DNA from: Eledone cirrhosa
Taxonomy: Eukaryota
Direction: 5' to 3'
DNA length: 64,000 nucleotides
Assembly: GCA_964016885.1 (NCBI GenBank)
Contig: OZ024743.1
Span: 326,616,001 to 326,680,000 of the forward strand
Every line of letters begins with the position of its first letter. Positions within the stretch are counted from its first letter, which is position 1. The translations under genes were made by a program, and so were the position numbers. The notes under the pieces are model-generated. The model did no database searches. It worked only from the letters and a program-made list of their open reading frames with translations, and had not been told where the DNA came from. Below, in pieces: positions 25,250-38,899 of this stretch.

Positions 25250-28200
25250 TATTATGAAAATAAAAATAAAAATAAAAGCAAAAACAAAAACCATAACCTA
25301 CATAAAAATAACCACTACCACAGTCACCAACAGTCTCCTAAACAGGAAACTTTTTCCTCTTTTTTAGCCATAATGAATCTGACAAAGAACTGGAAAAAAA
25401 CATTCGAGCTATCACCCAGCACCACCCTCCACTATCACCCCACTGCACAAACTCCCATTGCTGCCATTAACAAACAAACAAATTAACAACACACCAAAAC
25501 AATTAAAACCATCCACTGTCGCCTCAACATTTTTGCTTAACGCCCAAGGCATCAGCCCTTCCACCAATACTAAAAAATGGAAGATCAAATTCCTGGAGGA
25601 CTGGGTTGATGTCCATCCAAACCACATCCCTTTCTTCGTCCTCACTGAAACCCATCTCAGTAACCTCCACTTGGAAGCCGAGGTAAAAGTGAAAAATTTC
25701 AAAGCCATCCGTGCTGATCGCGCTGGCAGAAGAAAGGGTGGACTGCCATTTATGTCCATAATTCTTTCTCAACAGAGGCTATGAACATATTCACTAATGG
25801 ATACTGTGAGGCAGTCACTGTATTCAGTCAAACCAACAACCTAATAGTAGTTGGGCTCTATAGGCCACCCCAAACGCCTCAACCATGCTTCAAGGAATGC
25901 TTCAACAGCATAAAGTGTTTCATCCAAGAGTGTCACCCTGACAACATCCTAATGATGGGGGACTTCAACCTCCCCGGAGTTGACTGGTCCACAAACAGCC
26001 TGCCACCAGGTTCTTCTGCCTCAACCTCTGACAGGGAAGCAGTGGAATCGCTTCTTGACTTCATGGATGATTTCTTCCTGTCCCAACTGGTGCTCGAACC
26101 AACGAGGTGCCACAAAAACGTCCTAGACTTAATTTTCAGCAATCACACTGACACTATCCACAATATTGCAGTGGAGAAAACTCTACTCTCTGATCATGAC
26201 ATGGTTCTCTGTGATCTGAGATTCCACCGTCCAATATACAAACCCAATGTCATCTCTCCTGTCCATCCGTTTGACGCTATGGATTTCCACAATGCAAACT
26301 GGGAAGCGATCAGTCATGATCTTGCACATGTCGACTGGTCCTTCACACACACTCACACACCCACTAACATCAAAAAGTCCTGGCAGACATTTGTGGACAC
26401 TGTTACAAACATATGTGCAAAACACACCCCATTAAGAACTATAAACAAATCTAAGAGCAGAATCCCTAGAAATAGAAAAACGCTCATCAGGAAAATTAAG
26501 AGAACTAACAAAAAAATCAACAAGCTGAAATACTGTCAGCAGCAACACATCAACTTGACTGCCATTTAATCTCTAGAGATTAAAAATCATAACCTCCAAA
26601 ACAATATGATATCTATCATCAACAATCAGAGAAGAGCTGAAGAGGCCTGGGCAATTGAGAAGATCAAACTCAATCCCAAAGTGTTCTTTTCATTTGCAAA
26701 AAAAACACAAAATCACTGGCTCTACTGTTGGCCCTCTAATTGATGAAAATGGCACTCTTCAAGACAATGCTAAAACCATGGGTGAGATACTGCAGAAACA
26801 ATACTGCTCTGTTTTCAGCAATCCTGATATGGCCGATATGGGCTGTATCGGCGATGTTACTCCCCATTACACCTTATCGGACATAACGTTTGGCGCCCCT
26901 GATGTCTTAGCGGCAATAAAGGAAATCAAGCATAATTCAGCAGTAGGTCCCGATAGGTTCCCTGCTTGCATCTCCTCTTGCCAATCTGTGGCAGAACTCA
27001 CTGGATGCTGGATATGTGCCAGAAAACCGTCTATCCCAGTCTGTTGTCCCAGTTTTCAAAAAAGGAAACAAATCCCTTGCCGTGAATTACCGTCCAATCT
27101 CACTCACCTCTCATATCATTAAGGTATTTGAGAGAGTGGTGAGATCGCGAATGACTCACTTCCTTGAGAGTAACAATATGCTGAACTCCAACCAGCATGG
27201 ATTCCGTAATGGAAGGGATTGCCTGACGCAGCTGCTGCATCACTTTGATGACATTTTGAGAGCCTTGGGAGAGGGTTCCAACACTGATGTTAACTACCTT
27301 GATTTCAGCAAGGCCTTTGACAGGGTTGATCACAACATTCTACTGAGAAAGCTGTCCAATATTGGTGTCACTGGAAAGCTGCTGCAGTGGATCAAGAGCT
27401 TCCTGTCAAACAGAACCCAACATGTTGTAGTCGAAGGAGTCAAATCCAGCCCAGCCAAAGTCAGTAGTGGGGTCCCACAAGGCACTGTGCTGGGCCCACT
27501 TCTCTTCATCATCTATATTAATGACATCACTGACATCATCAAACACAGCAACATTAGAATTTTCGCTGATGATTCCAAGCTCCAAAAGGTCATCAATGGC
27601 GTGGATGACCGGATAAGCCTTCAGTCAGACCTACTGGCTGTTACCCAATGGGCGGAAAAGAACAACATGTTACTGAACGAAGACAAATTCGAACTGATCC
27701 ACTTTGGAAAAGAGGATGCTCTGAAACTCCCGTACTCCCTTCCCTCCGGTGAAACTCTCGTGGCATCTAACAACATCAGAGACTTGGGAGTAACCGTGGA
27801 CAGCAACATAAGCTGGGCCACGCATATAAGCAGCAAAGTTGACATGGCCCGCAGAATGTGTTCCTGGATCCTCAGAACCTTCCAGTCGAGAGATTCTCAC
27901 ACCATTATCCTTCTCTTCTCCACTTTTGCCCGACCACGCCTTGAATACTGTTGTCCACTGTGGTCTCCCCACACGAAACAAAGTATCATGAAACTTGAAG
28001 CTCCCCAAAGGGCAATCACGAAAAAGATAGATGGCATGTCAGACCTTGACTACTGCGGTCGAATAGAAAAGCTGAAACTTTACTCACTCCAACGTCGCCG
28101 TGAGCGTTATATTATCTGCATGATGTGGAAAATGTTTCATCAGCACTGCCCAAATGATGCTGGCATCCCCTTCAAAATACACCCAAGGCTTGGGCCCCGT

Positions 28201-28533
28201 GCTATCCGTCCCAAACAAAAATCTAAATCGCAACTCATAACAACAATACGGCACAATTATTTCACCTCAATCGGCCCTGCTTTCTTCAACATCACACCAG
28301 GACACGTCAAAACAGAAACTGACCACACAAAATTCAAGAAGTCTTTGGACAAATTCCTCCAAGTAATCCCGGACAAACCATCCACACCCGGATATGTCTC
28401 CGCAAACAGTAATTCTCTTCTCGAATAGGCCATGGTGCCCAAATCCTGAATTGAAAGACTTCGCCAGGTGGTGCTATTAAGTTAGACATGGCCTGGGCCA
28501 ATACTCGCCAAAACATTTCAAAGTTATTCAAAG

Positions 28534-28536
<3 letters not shown>
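25250..28536 (+). mobile_element. CR1-type LINE, decayed
   Basis: APE and RT frames broken by stops and frameshifts. It ends in a tandem TCAAAGTTAT repeat running into (TA)n. Confidence 0.88.
25458..28428 (+). pseudogene. CR1-type ORF2 (endonuclease-RT) in four fragments
   Basis: LTETHL, YRPP, MGDFNLP, PTR..NVLDLIF, SDH, YRPISLTS, YLDFSKAFD, GVPQGTVLGPLLF, FADD and LEYCCPLWSP. Confidence 0.9.
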
Positions 28537-28563
<27 letters not shown>

Positions 28564-28569
<6 letters not shown>

Positions 28570-28924
28570 GCATAAAGTGTATTGCAAAATGCACTATATA
28601 TACATTCATATATATATGGCTATTTCAGAGCACCAATTCTAATTTTTAATTTCTGCTTGACCGGCAACCGCTCTGTATAATCAGTTCCTGATTATTTACT
28701 AGAATTCTATAAGAACCAAACATCCATGATATCAGCAGACGCGAGAAGTAGTTGGCTTTGATAAGCATCAATAAATGCAGAAACAAGGCCTTGTCAGCTT
28801 TATCTCCCCCTGTTTGCTGAAATTAAAGTAAGTGAGTCTGTCACTACTCTAAAACGATAGCATAAGGTCTTCGAAATGCTTTTAATTAAGCATAAAGTGT
28901 ATTGCAAAATGCACTATATATACG

Positions 28925-28935
<11 letters not shown>
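28564..28935 (+). repeat. Unit of about 319 bp bounded by a direct repeat of about 50 bp, containing a decayed hammerhead-like motif
   Basis: TAATTAAGCATAAAGTGTATTGCAAAATGCACTATATATAC at 28564 and 28883. GGCT TTGATAA GCAT..ATGCa GAAA CAAGGCCTTG TC AGCT at 28754-28799. Confidence 0.6.
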
Positions 28936-28979
<44 letters not shown>

Positions 28980-29225
28980 CTACATACATACGTACATATA
29001 TACATACATTTACGTATGTATATAGCTATGCATTTATACATTTATATATATACATGCATTTATATTTAAGTGTGTAAGGTTGTTGATATGATCTGTGTAC
29101 TTCTTTAGTAAGGAGAAACATTTTGTCGCCAGATTTTATTACCTAAGGAGATTAAATACCACACCTCTGGCTGAAAGATGATCGGGTTCTCAACCTCATC
29201 AAACACTAACGCCAGCCTGTGTGTG

Positions 29226-29256
<31 letters not shown>

Positions 29257-29636
29257 ATGTATGTATGTGTGTGTATGTTCGCCACCATTGCTTCTTTTTG
29301 TTGTCATTTCTGTTGAAGTAGTCCTTATTCTCATTCCCTTTGATTTCTTTTGATTTTCTTTTATCTCCCTAGGGAATTCGTTGACAAGCTTCTTTTATTT
29401 ATTTTCTTCGTTTTCTTCATTCAAATCCATTGTCACTGGCTGTCTAAGAGACGTACAAATATGACTTATAAAACTTACCAAACTCAAAGTTCAAACCCAA
29501 AGTTCAAACGCCCCCTTATTGCATAACGCCCCCCTGGAGTTACGAAACGCCCCCGGGGGGAGGGTGACATATGCCCCCCCCCCCCCCCCCCCGTTGAGAA
29601 CCTTTGGTATAGAGTAATAAACTGGTAATATACCTA

Positions 29637-29771
29637 ATTTATTATGGCTATTGGTGAGCTGTGATACTCTAAAGTTTCACCTGCGCACTCACAGGATCAC
29701 CAGTCCTGCCTGATGATCCTGTGAGTACGCAGGTGAAACTCCAGAGTAACAAGGTTTAGCCATAATAAATG
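29637..29771. ncRNA. Head-to-head pair of hammerhead-like motifs in an inverted repeat
   Basis: Plus strand CTGATGA tCCTG tgagtacg CAGGt GAAA CTCCAGAG TA at 29710-29748. The minus copy has CTGGTGA. Stem I is poor. Confidence 0.55.
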
Positions 29772-30039
29772 AATATTTAAGCTCTACTTCGATATTGAGT
29801 TTTCATTCTTACGTCCGTCAATAATTCATGCACTCTCGAATCTAATTATTATGTTTTACATTAAAAAATACATTATATACGACAAAAAAAATAACATTAC
29901 AAGAAATCTCATATTTACGAACGTAAATTATATAATTACTGATTTCCCAAGCTCCCTAGTCCCCACCTCCTCTTATTATTTGGGACCCTTTCTGTCTATT
30001 ACACGGCACTCTCCCATTATACTTCCTCTACATCTACAA

Positions 30040-30577
30040 CCACCAAATTCTCCCCCTCTCTAAATCTGTAAATGTAACATACAAAACACTCTCCCAGTCC
30101 CCCTCTTTATATCAATCATTTCCAAACCCCCCCCCCCCCCTCGCCATCTCTACCTCACTCTCTAGTAATTGTTCTCTCTCTATCCATCACAAAGTCCTCG
30201 CTCTATATCTTTTACGATACTGTCTCTCCCAATCCCTCTCTCTCTATATATTTAGCAATATCTATCTCTCCCAATCCCCTCATTATATCTACAAGCATTG
30301 AAATCTACACCAATCTATATCTATTGCACAACACTCTTCTCCCAATCCCCCTCTATATATCAATTACCACCAAACCTCCCCCTCTATATATCTACCATGC
30401 AACACTCTCTCATTCCCTTTCATTCTATTCATCACTATCAAACTCTTCCCCTCTCTATATCTATCAATAGCTATCTCTATCAATCCTCTCACTCTATTCC
30501 TTACCATCAAACCTCCCCCTCTCTACATCAACCATACAACTCTCTCTTCCAATCTCCCTCTCTATATCAATTACCAC
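30040..30577 (+). repeat. Degenerate pyrimidine-rich minisatellite, continuing at 36267-36320
   Basis: Recurrent CTCCCAATCCCCCTCTATATATC(AATTACCAC) units. Confidence 0.75.
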
Positions 30578-30773
30578 TTGATATAGACGTAATTTACTTT
30601 GCTCCGGATTTTTACGGATTGTTGTCAAAAAAACTGTGAGTTTATTGCTCAATTTAATAACATTGTTTAGTTTAACCCCTTGCCTGGGCCGTCAGACGTT
30701 GAGACAACTAATTTTCGCCCCTTTCTGGGGCGAAATTTTCAATTTTCATCTAAAAACTGTAGACTTGGTGGCA

Positions 30774-32546
30774 ATGGATGCCATTTCCACCTCGCACACT
30801 ATCGTGAGTGCCACGCCCACTAAGAAAAGTGGTGGAGGGAAGGTAGGAGTACAGAGCTTGCAGCCTTCCCCCCTCGCATCATCGAAAAACGTGAAAAATA
30901 TCGAAACCACGAAACCAAACCCGGTAAATAATACCAGCACCAACAACAAGAACAATGACAATAACACCACAACCAACAACTGCAACAATAGCAACACCAA
31001 TATTACCAACAGTGACAGTAACAAAAAAGACAACAACACCAAAACAACATTCGCACAGACAGTAAAAAAAAACGAACTATACACGCTAATAGACATAACA
31101 AATGCTAAACAACTATTACAAGACGCAAAACAATTCGTGACTTTTGGCGAAAACGGTGCTTTTAGCATCAATTCTCCACAGGAATTACGTAGAGAGGCTG
31201 TCCTGAAAACTGTGGTTTTCAGGACAATATCGAACGAAACAAGAAAACCATCTCAATTATCACAAAATGAAATTGAGCTGGTTCTAAAAGATGCAATGAA
31301 GGACTTAACATTCATACAAAAAGGTAAACTGTTTGGTAGCATTTCGGTGCTAATGAACAATCAGTCAACAGCTCAAAAGTACTCGGTAGCACCCATTGTG
31401 TCCCCCCGCTTCACCTTTTACCCCACATACAGGGGGAAAAGGACACAAAGAATAAAAATAATGAGTATCACACCAAATGTAAATATTTGGGGGATACTAT
31501 GTGGAATAATTAACTTTGACGAAGACAAGATAATTTCAATAGGAAAGTCCTCCGGAGGTGTATTTGGTGGGACCACCGTAGAAGTTCTGGTGCAAATGAG
31601 CCCAGAACGAATAGCGAATATCCCACAAGCGTGCCTCTGGACGGGCTAACTTATATAAACATTTCAGTGGAGGGAAGGTGGCCGTCATGTTACCACTGCT
31701 TAAGCAGGGGTCACCTGAGGGCTGCCTGTCCTCAATTAACGAGTAAAAAAAAAAGGCTCTTCTGCCAACCCCGAACACAACAACACAACCACCACCACCA
31801 CCACAACAACAACAACAACACCAACCACAACAACACGGAAAAATAACAACACAAAACACTGTTTCACCCAATCCCTCCCACCTAAAACAAATACAAAAGC
31901 AACCACAACAAGACCCCAAAATATACCCCTCCCCAACAACACGGAAGAGGACTCCGTATCAACGTCACTCAGTGACGACGAAGGAGAACCCTTTGAAAAG
32001 GTGAAAAGGAAAAAAAAGGCACCACATTAACAAAAATGCCACAAACACACAACCACCAGCACAAACAGAACAAACATCACAAATAAAAAAAACCACCCCT
32101 CCCAAAAACATAACATGTACTACAAAACGCAAACACGCACAAGAACAATAAACAAAAACAAACACAACACAACATACATTAACAAGAACAATAAAACGTT
32201 GATGAAAGCGATAGAAAATAACCCTTCGGTGGAAACCGAAGGGATCACTTTCACCTACGCAGCGAACAAACCGCACCTAATGATGATTAGGGTCCCAACG
32301 GAAACCTATGTAACTTTGAAAAAGAACCATCCACTGCATGTGGGGACCAACTGCACCAAACCACATAACAGCGTCCTATTGAGATGTTTCCCCACCCCCA
32401 CACCAGACACCCACACCCTACCAAACACCCTAATCCCACCACACACTGATGTCCTCACCCCACCACAAACCACCACCCCACCAAATAACCCTTCCAACAC
32501 CCCCATGGAAATTGTGCAGCCTGGCCCCCAGGAGACGAAGAGGTAA
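30774..32546 (+). pseudogene. Tx1 ORF1, frameshifted
   Basis: Likely start at MDAISTS, an Asn-rich tract and the CYHCLSRGHLRAAC knuckle; split over three or more frames. Confidence 0.8.
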
Positions 32547-32589
32547 GTAATTTCCTTTCCTCTTCCTTTTTTACCTCTTCAGCACCAAC

Positions 32590-35500
32590 ATGGCCAATAT
32601 AAGAGTTGGATGTGTGAATGCACGCGGCTTGGGGATGTCCTGCAAACAGGGCAAACTCTTAAATGACCTCAGGTCGCACAGAGTGGATGTAATGGTTATT
32701 TGCGAGTCCAGGATCAGCAGCGAGCGCCAACTGGCCCCATCTTCGACGACTTTGAGATCTACGCATCTCTCTGTCAGCCGAGGGGTGGGGGTGGGGTTGT
32801 CGTTCTGCTGCGAAAATACCTGGGTCTTGCCACACAGAAGGTACACCTGGACCCGGAGGGTCGACTGATGGTTTTAGACATCGGCAGTGGTGAAGGTGGA
32901 GCTTTCAGGCTGGTGGCAGCGTATGCCCCATCTGGGACACCGCGACCGGACTTCTTCCGACGCCTGGAGAATTTCCTGGGAACGTCTCGCTCCTTGCTTT
33001 TAGTGGGGGACTGGAATGGTATCCTGGATGCACGTTGGGACTATGTAGGGGCATGTCCCGATAGAGGGGGGTGTAACAGCCTCAAACGATTAATCGGCCG
33101 ATTTGATCTGGCCGATAGATATCGACTGGATTTTCCGACTGTGCCACGGTGGACGTGGAGTAATCGTAGCGGAACATCCAGGTCGTACCTAGATAGGTTC
33201 CTAGTTAGAAATAAGGATAGGGACATATTAAGCTGTCCACGAATGTTCATGGTTGACTATTCGGATCACAAGTTGTTGACCGGAGTGGTCAACCTTGATA
33301 GAACTCATAGACAGGGACCCGGTTACTGGAAGCTAAACTTGTCTTTACCGACAAACAAAGCTTACAGTAAGCGGATTAGCACACTAGTTAAGCAGCGTTT
33401 GACGGGGGAAATTGTAAACAACAGGTGGTGGGGCTCTTTCAAGAGAAAAATTAGAATAGAATCGATAGGTTTTAGTCGGGAATTAGCATCAGATAGGAAT
33501 AGAACTGAAAGGGAATTAACAAATAGAGTAGAAGAGGCGATTAGGAGTGGCAACGTGGCCGGCGTGCTGGCGTCAAGAACGGCCCTAGACCAGTTCTTTG
33601 ATGCGAAGCACGAGGGCTGCGTTGTCAGGAGTAAAATACGTGCTCTGGGTAACGAGGGAGCCAAAGCTGTTAGCTGGGCCCGAGTGACAGAGGCAAAAAG
33701 TGGAAACAAGTCCACGATTCGGTCTTTGAAGGACCAGGATGGACGCGTGATCCTTGAACGTGAGCGGATGAGCGTGGCTTTTCAACGGCGCTTTGCACGA
33801 CTGTTCGGGAGGGGCGGCGGGCCGGGTGGGGCCATGGATTCGGTCCATACCTCGACGGTCTGGCGCGGCTCTCGGACGGGGAGGCGAAGTCCTGCGAGAG
33901 GCCGATTTCAGCCGCTGAAATAGGGGAAGCGCTGAGCCAATGCGGCAAACGCAAATCTCCGGGTCTCGATGGTCTACCATACGAACTTTATGTAGCGATG
34001 CCGGGCTTGTTCTCCGGTCTCCTCGAGGCGGTCTACTGCAACTGGCAACAGAACGGGAGAATTCCCAGTTCTGTGACCAAGGGCGTAGTCACGCTGGTGA
34101 GGAAGGACGAGAACAAGGGGGATGACATAGATAACTTCAGGCCCATAACTCTGCTAAACACAGAGTTAAAGATTTTGGCCAAGGTGTTAGCAAAGAGGTT
34201 GGCGCTTGTCGTCGGGAACCTGGTAGGAGAAGCGCAGACATGCGCAATCCCGTCCAGGTCCATACATGACAACTTCCACCTCATGCGATACATCGTAGAG
34301 AGGGCAGGGAACGAACCCGGCTTTGGTGGGGCCCTGATCAACTTGGATCAATCTAAAGCGTTCGATAGGGTTGACCATCGGTACCTGGATGCGGTGCTCG
34401 CGGCGGCAGGCTTCGGACCCGTTTTCAGGGGCTGGATTGCTGCAATGCACAGCAGCAACACCTGCTCGAGGGTCAAGGTGAACGGCTACCTCTCGGAGCC
34501 GTTCCAAATCACGCGATCCATTCGACAGGGATGCCCTCACTCCTCCCTCCTGTATGTATTGACTCTCGAGCCACTACTGAGGAAGCTGGAGCTGTTGCAG
34601 GGCATCCCCTTGGAACCGGGATTGCGGAAAGCGGTGTCGGCCTATGCCGATGACGTGACAGTAATGGTGTCGTGCGCCTCGGAAATCGGGCAGATCGGCA
34701 CCTTACTGGAGGAATATGAAAGGTTCACAGGAGCCAAGCTGAACCGGGACAAGTCCGTCGGTTTGCAACTCGGGACGTGGAGGGGCAAAACGATGCCCTC
34801 CGACGGCATCGTCGGACGCTGGACGGAGGGACCGGTGAAGCTGCTCGGGCTCTGGTTCGGACCGGACCTCCAGGTGGAGAAAAACTGGGACGAGGTAACG
34901 GGCAAGGTGTTTGTACTCGCCCAGAAGTGGGCCGAGTGCAAACTAGCCCTGAAAGGTCGAGCGGAGGTGGCGAACGCTTATATAGCGTCCGTCATCTACT
35001 ACCGCTTGACCGTCGTGCCTTGCCCAGAGAAAACACTCGCCAAAATGGAGCGCGCGCTCTTCCGATTTCTTTGGAAGAAGCGGGCTCCTTTGGTGAGAAG
35101 ATCCATCTGCTGTCAACACCCTTCGAACGGAGGGCTGGGGTTGCCGTGGCTGACGATGCGTAGACACGCATTAAGGCTACGGCACCTCCAGGTATTCCTC
35201 ACCGGTCAGCCGGTGTGGGCCCTGTTTGTGAGGCGAGCCTTTCCGAGACTCGTCTCACTCACCGAGCTGTAATCCTGGGTCAAGCAAAGACCGAGTAAAG
35301 TGGGCGACTGGCACATTGAATGTGCCCTGGCGCTCATGGCCCTCTGGCAAGCGAATCCGGCAATCAGTGGAGACTCAACCTCAACATTCTATAGAGGGTT
35401 GGTGCGCAGTAAGTGCGACGACGCTCTCGGAGAGGCTCTGGGCATGGAGGAAGACGAGCTGGCCAGTCTGTTCGGTAGGACGTTTGGCCCGGGACCGATG

Positions 35501-36025
35501 GACAACTTCCAAAAGTCCCTGGCTTGGCAATGTTACCGACGAGCTCTACCCGTTCGGGACAAGCTCTACAGACACGGGCGCCCGGGTAGGGACCCCTCGA
35601 AGAAGATCTGTCCAAGATGCGTGCGGGACGAGGAAACCGTCGCACACGCATTCGTACACTGCCCGGGCGTTGCTGACCTGTGGGGCTATGTAGAACGACT
35701 ACTGTCGCGGGTGGGACCAATCCGGTTGACCACCGAGAACATTGTCACAATCAAACCGCCTCCCCCTTTCAAAAACGAAGGAGAGGCGGTTTTCCTCTGT
35801 GTGATAGCCATGGCGAAAGAAGTTGTATGGTGGACAAGGTTGAAAGGGCTGAGGTCAGACACCTATCTCTCCGGCCAACAACTGGTCTTTTTTTTCAAGT
35901 ACCACTTTAGAAGAAGGATCAGAATGGAGAGAGAGGTGCTCTACCCCAGCAAGTTTTATGAAAGATGGGTGAAAGTAGCGAGAATGGCCCGAGTGAATGG
36001 GCCTTCTCTCTATATCAGCCTGTAG
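32590..36025 (+). pseudogene. Tx1 ORF2 with frameshifts and a premature stop
   Basis: Frameshifts near 32740 and 33840 and a TAA at 35270-35272; YADD is intact. Confidence 0.9.
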
Positions 36026-37919
36026 GTGAGAGAGGAGAAGAATGAGAAGAGGAAGGAAGCACCCGCTCTTTGTGCTCCTGAAGAGGAAGGTTGCACATTT
36101 TTTCGGGGGTGTGTGCGACCCATGTCAACGCCCCTCCCTATTGAGGACATCGATTGTTAAATTTAATTTGTTATATGTTTTTTACACGTCTTTTTAAATG
36201 TATGTAAACTCCCCCCTTTGTATTTGTCCCAATCTTTGATGCCCTGGTGGCAAATAAATAGAAATATATATCAATTACCACCAAACTCTCCCCCTCTCTA
36301 TATCTATCTCTCACATCTATATTTACATAACATGTACATAAATTATAGCGCATATACAAATAGATGTGTGTTTTGGTAGTTTGGGGAGAAAAATATAATT
36401 ATTGGAGGGGGGGACACACACACAACCCAGTCCCACCGCTCCTGTATATGTGGATACTAGCTGGTATAGACATTTTAGAAAGTACGAGTGCGCGTGAACA
36501 CGCGCATGTGTATATAGTGTAAAGGAATTTATATGAACAAGAATATCTTATGAACAAGAGTGCTTAGTATAGGCGACTCAATGTATAAATTAACACATCC
36601 GAGTAACAATAACTCAGACTTCAGATGATATATGACTGTCTCCTTCCACGAAGAGAAATATGAACGTATATGAAGTAACCAGACGTATACGAAACTTCCG
36701 ATCATGCGCAATTAGAAATGATTCGTTTCCTTTGGATTAACGTTGGCAGACGTTAGAACGTCGGATAGAATTCTTTATGGTATTCATTCCGGCTCTCTGA
36801 GTTCAAATCCCGCCGAGATCAACTTCACCTTTCATCCTTTCGAGGTCGATAAAAAGAGTACCAGTCTAGTACTGGGGTCGATTCTTCCTCTATATCTCTT
36901 TCTCATTTTCTCGCTCTCTCACTTTCAATCTTTCTCTAGAAGAAATCTGCTACACTCAGGCCTGGAGAGGGATGGGCTCCGCCAGGCTTTAAAAAATGCT
37001 CAAGAAACGCTGTATGTCAATACGGCGCCCTACGACTCTATCAGGAGTTACGGGACAACACCATACCAAGATAAGAATTTACATGTATGATGTAAAAATC
37101 ATGAAAGAAAACTGAGAAATATATAGCAGTGCCAAGACTGAATCAGTGAAAAAGGTATCGAGGAGTTATGAAGTATTTCTTAGTCTGGTAAAATAAAAGA
37201 AAGGACTGGTGATAAAAGTAGTGAAAATATGAGAAGTAATATTTGTCGAATAGTAGGTAAATATTGTTTGGGAGTGTTGTTCTTCGATCTTCGTCGTTTA
37301 CGACGTGACGTGTTCCAGTTGATTCAATCAACGAAACTGCTTGTTCATTAAATCAACGTGTAAGTGGCTGAACATTCCATAGATACGTACACCCTTAACA
37401 TGGTTCTCAGAGAGAATCAGCATGACACAACTTGAGACAAGGCTGAATTACAAGCTTGAATTACAAGTACAACTCATATCAGTGGACTGAGTGGACTGGA
37501 GCCATGTGAACTAAAGCTTCTTGCTCAAGAACATAACGCACGGACCGGTCCGGGAATCGAACTTACGACTATACGTTCGTGAGCTGAACACCCAATCCAC
37601 GCTATGATGTATTGAAATACCAGTATAACATCTGTGTGTAAGATGTCAATAGTCCACAATGGTGTACATTTTTGCAGATAATTATTGAAATGCGGGTATT
37701 TAGTGGGAAAATTCTGGTCTTGTATTTAGATAATTCACTGAATTCTAGATGTTATATGAGTATTTTTTTCTTCGCTTTACACAGATTACATCATTGATGT
37801 ATAATCTGTATCGCTCTAGGATTTTCCACTTAATGTCAAACTCGGTATCTTGCTGATAGGTGGTGGTGGTAGTGGTGTGGTGGGGTGGTGGTGGTAGTAG
37901 TAGTAGTAGTAGTATAAGC

Positions 37920-38248
37920 GCTACCTTCCAGCAAAATTGTTAAAAGGTGGATGAAAGTGGCAAGTATGTTACGAGCGAGTATGCACCTGTAGACAGAAGG
38001 ACAACCGAGAGAAGGCACTTGCCTCGGTGGTCACGATGGCCTTGGCCTTTTATAGAGTTTTTCCACGAGTGGTTTTCGGAGGTCTCCCCCTTATTGGTAA
38101 ATTTTTCTTTGTTTATTTTTATTGTTACCTCTTTTTTTTTATTTTCGATATTTCTTATTTTTACACATTTCCATAAAACAGCACTTTACCCAACGCACGC
38201 GTGCGTGTGTGTGGTTTTTGTAAACCCTTTGTGGTTAATTAAGAAATC
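37920..38248 (+). mobile_element. Short 3' fragment of a related Tx1
   Basis: PSSKIVKRWMKVASMLR parallels PSKFYERWVKVARMAR. The end GTGGTTAATTAAGAAATC resembles the tail of copy 1. Confidence 0.65.
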
Positions 38249-38270
38249 ACTATTATTATTTTTATTGTAA

Positions 38271-38845
38271 GGGCGGTGGATTGGCAGTATGGGTAAAGCG
38301 TCGGACAATATGCTTTACATCATAGAAGTTACGCCTCTTTACGATCTGAGTTGAAATCTCACCTAGGTTAGCTTTGCCTTTCATTCTTACGGGGTCGATA
38401 GAATAAAGTACCAGTAATGCACTGGGATAATTGCTGGCCTTGTGCCAAAAGTAGAAACATTATTATTGTGGTAGATTGGTAAAATCGTTAAAGGCGTCGG
38501 GCAACATGCTTTGCAGCATATAGTTACGGCCCTTTACGTTCTAAGGTTAACCCACCAGAGTTAGCTTTGCCTTTCATCCTTACGAGGTTGATAAAATAAA
38601 GCACCAGTAACACACTGGCTTTGTTTTAATCGACTTTCCTATTCTTTTCAAATTGCTTGCCTTATGCCAAATCTAGAAACAATTATTGTAAGGGCAGTGG
38701 ATTGGCAGAATCGGTTTTTTACGTTCTGAGTTCAAATCCCGCCAAGGTCAACTTTGCCTTTCATCCTTCCAGGTCCGATAAAATAAAGTACTAGTGAAGT
38801 ACTAGAGCTGATATAATCGACTTTCCTTTTCCATCATTAGAAACT
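38271..38845 (+). mobile_element. Three head-to-tail SINE family A copies
   Basis: Units start near 38271, 38468 and 38691. Confidence 0.85.
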
Positions 38846-38847
38846 GT

Positions 38848-38881
<34 letters not shown>

Positions 38882-38899
38882 TAGTAGTCATATTATAAT

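Larger units (their letters stand above)
30578..36266 (+). mobile_element. Tx1-clade LINE, copy 2, apparently full-length but disrupted
   Basis: 15-bp TSD TATATCAATTACCAC at 30563-30577 and 36267-36281. ORF1 and ORF2 are homologous to copy 1, and AATAAA lies near the 3' end. Confidence 0.93.
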
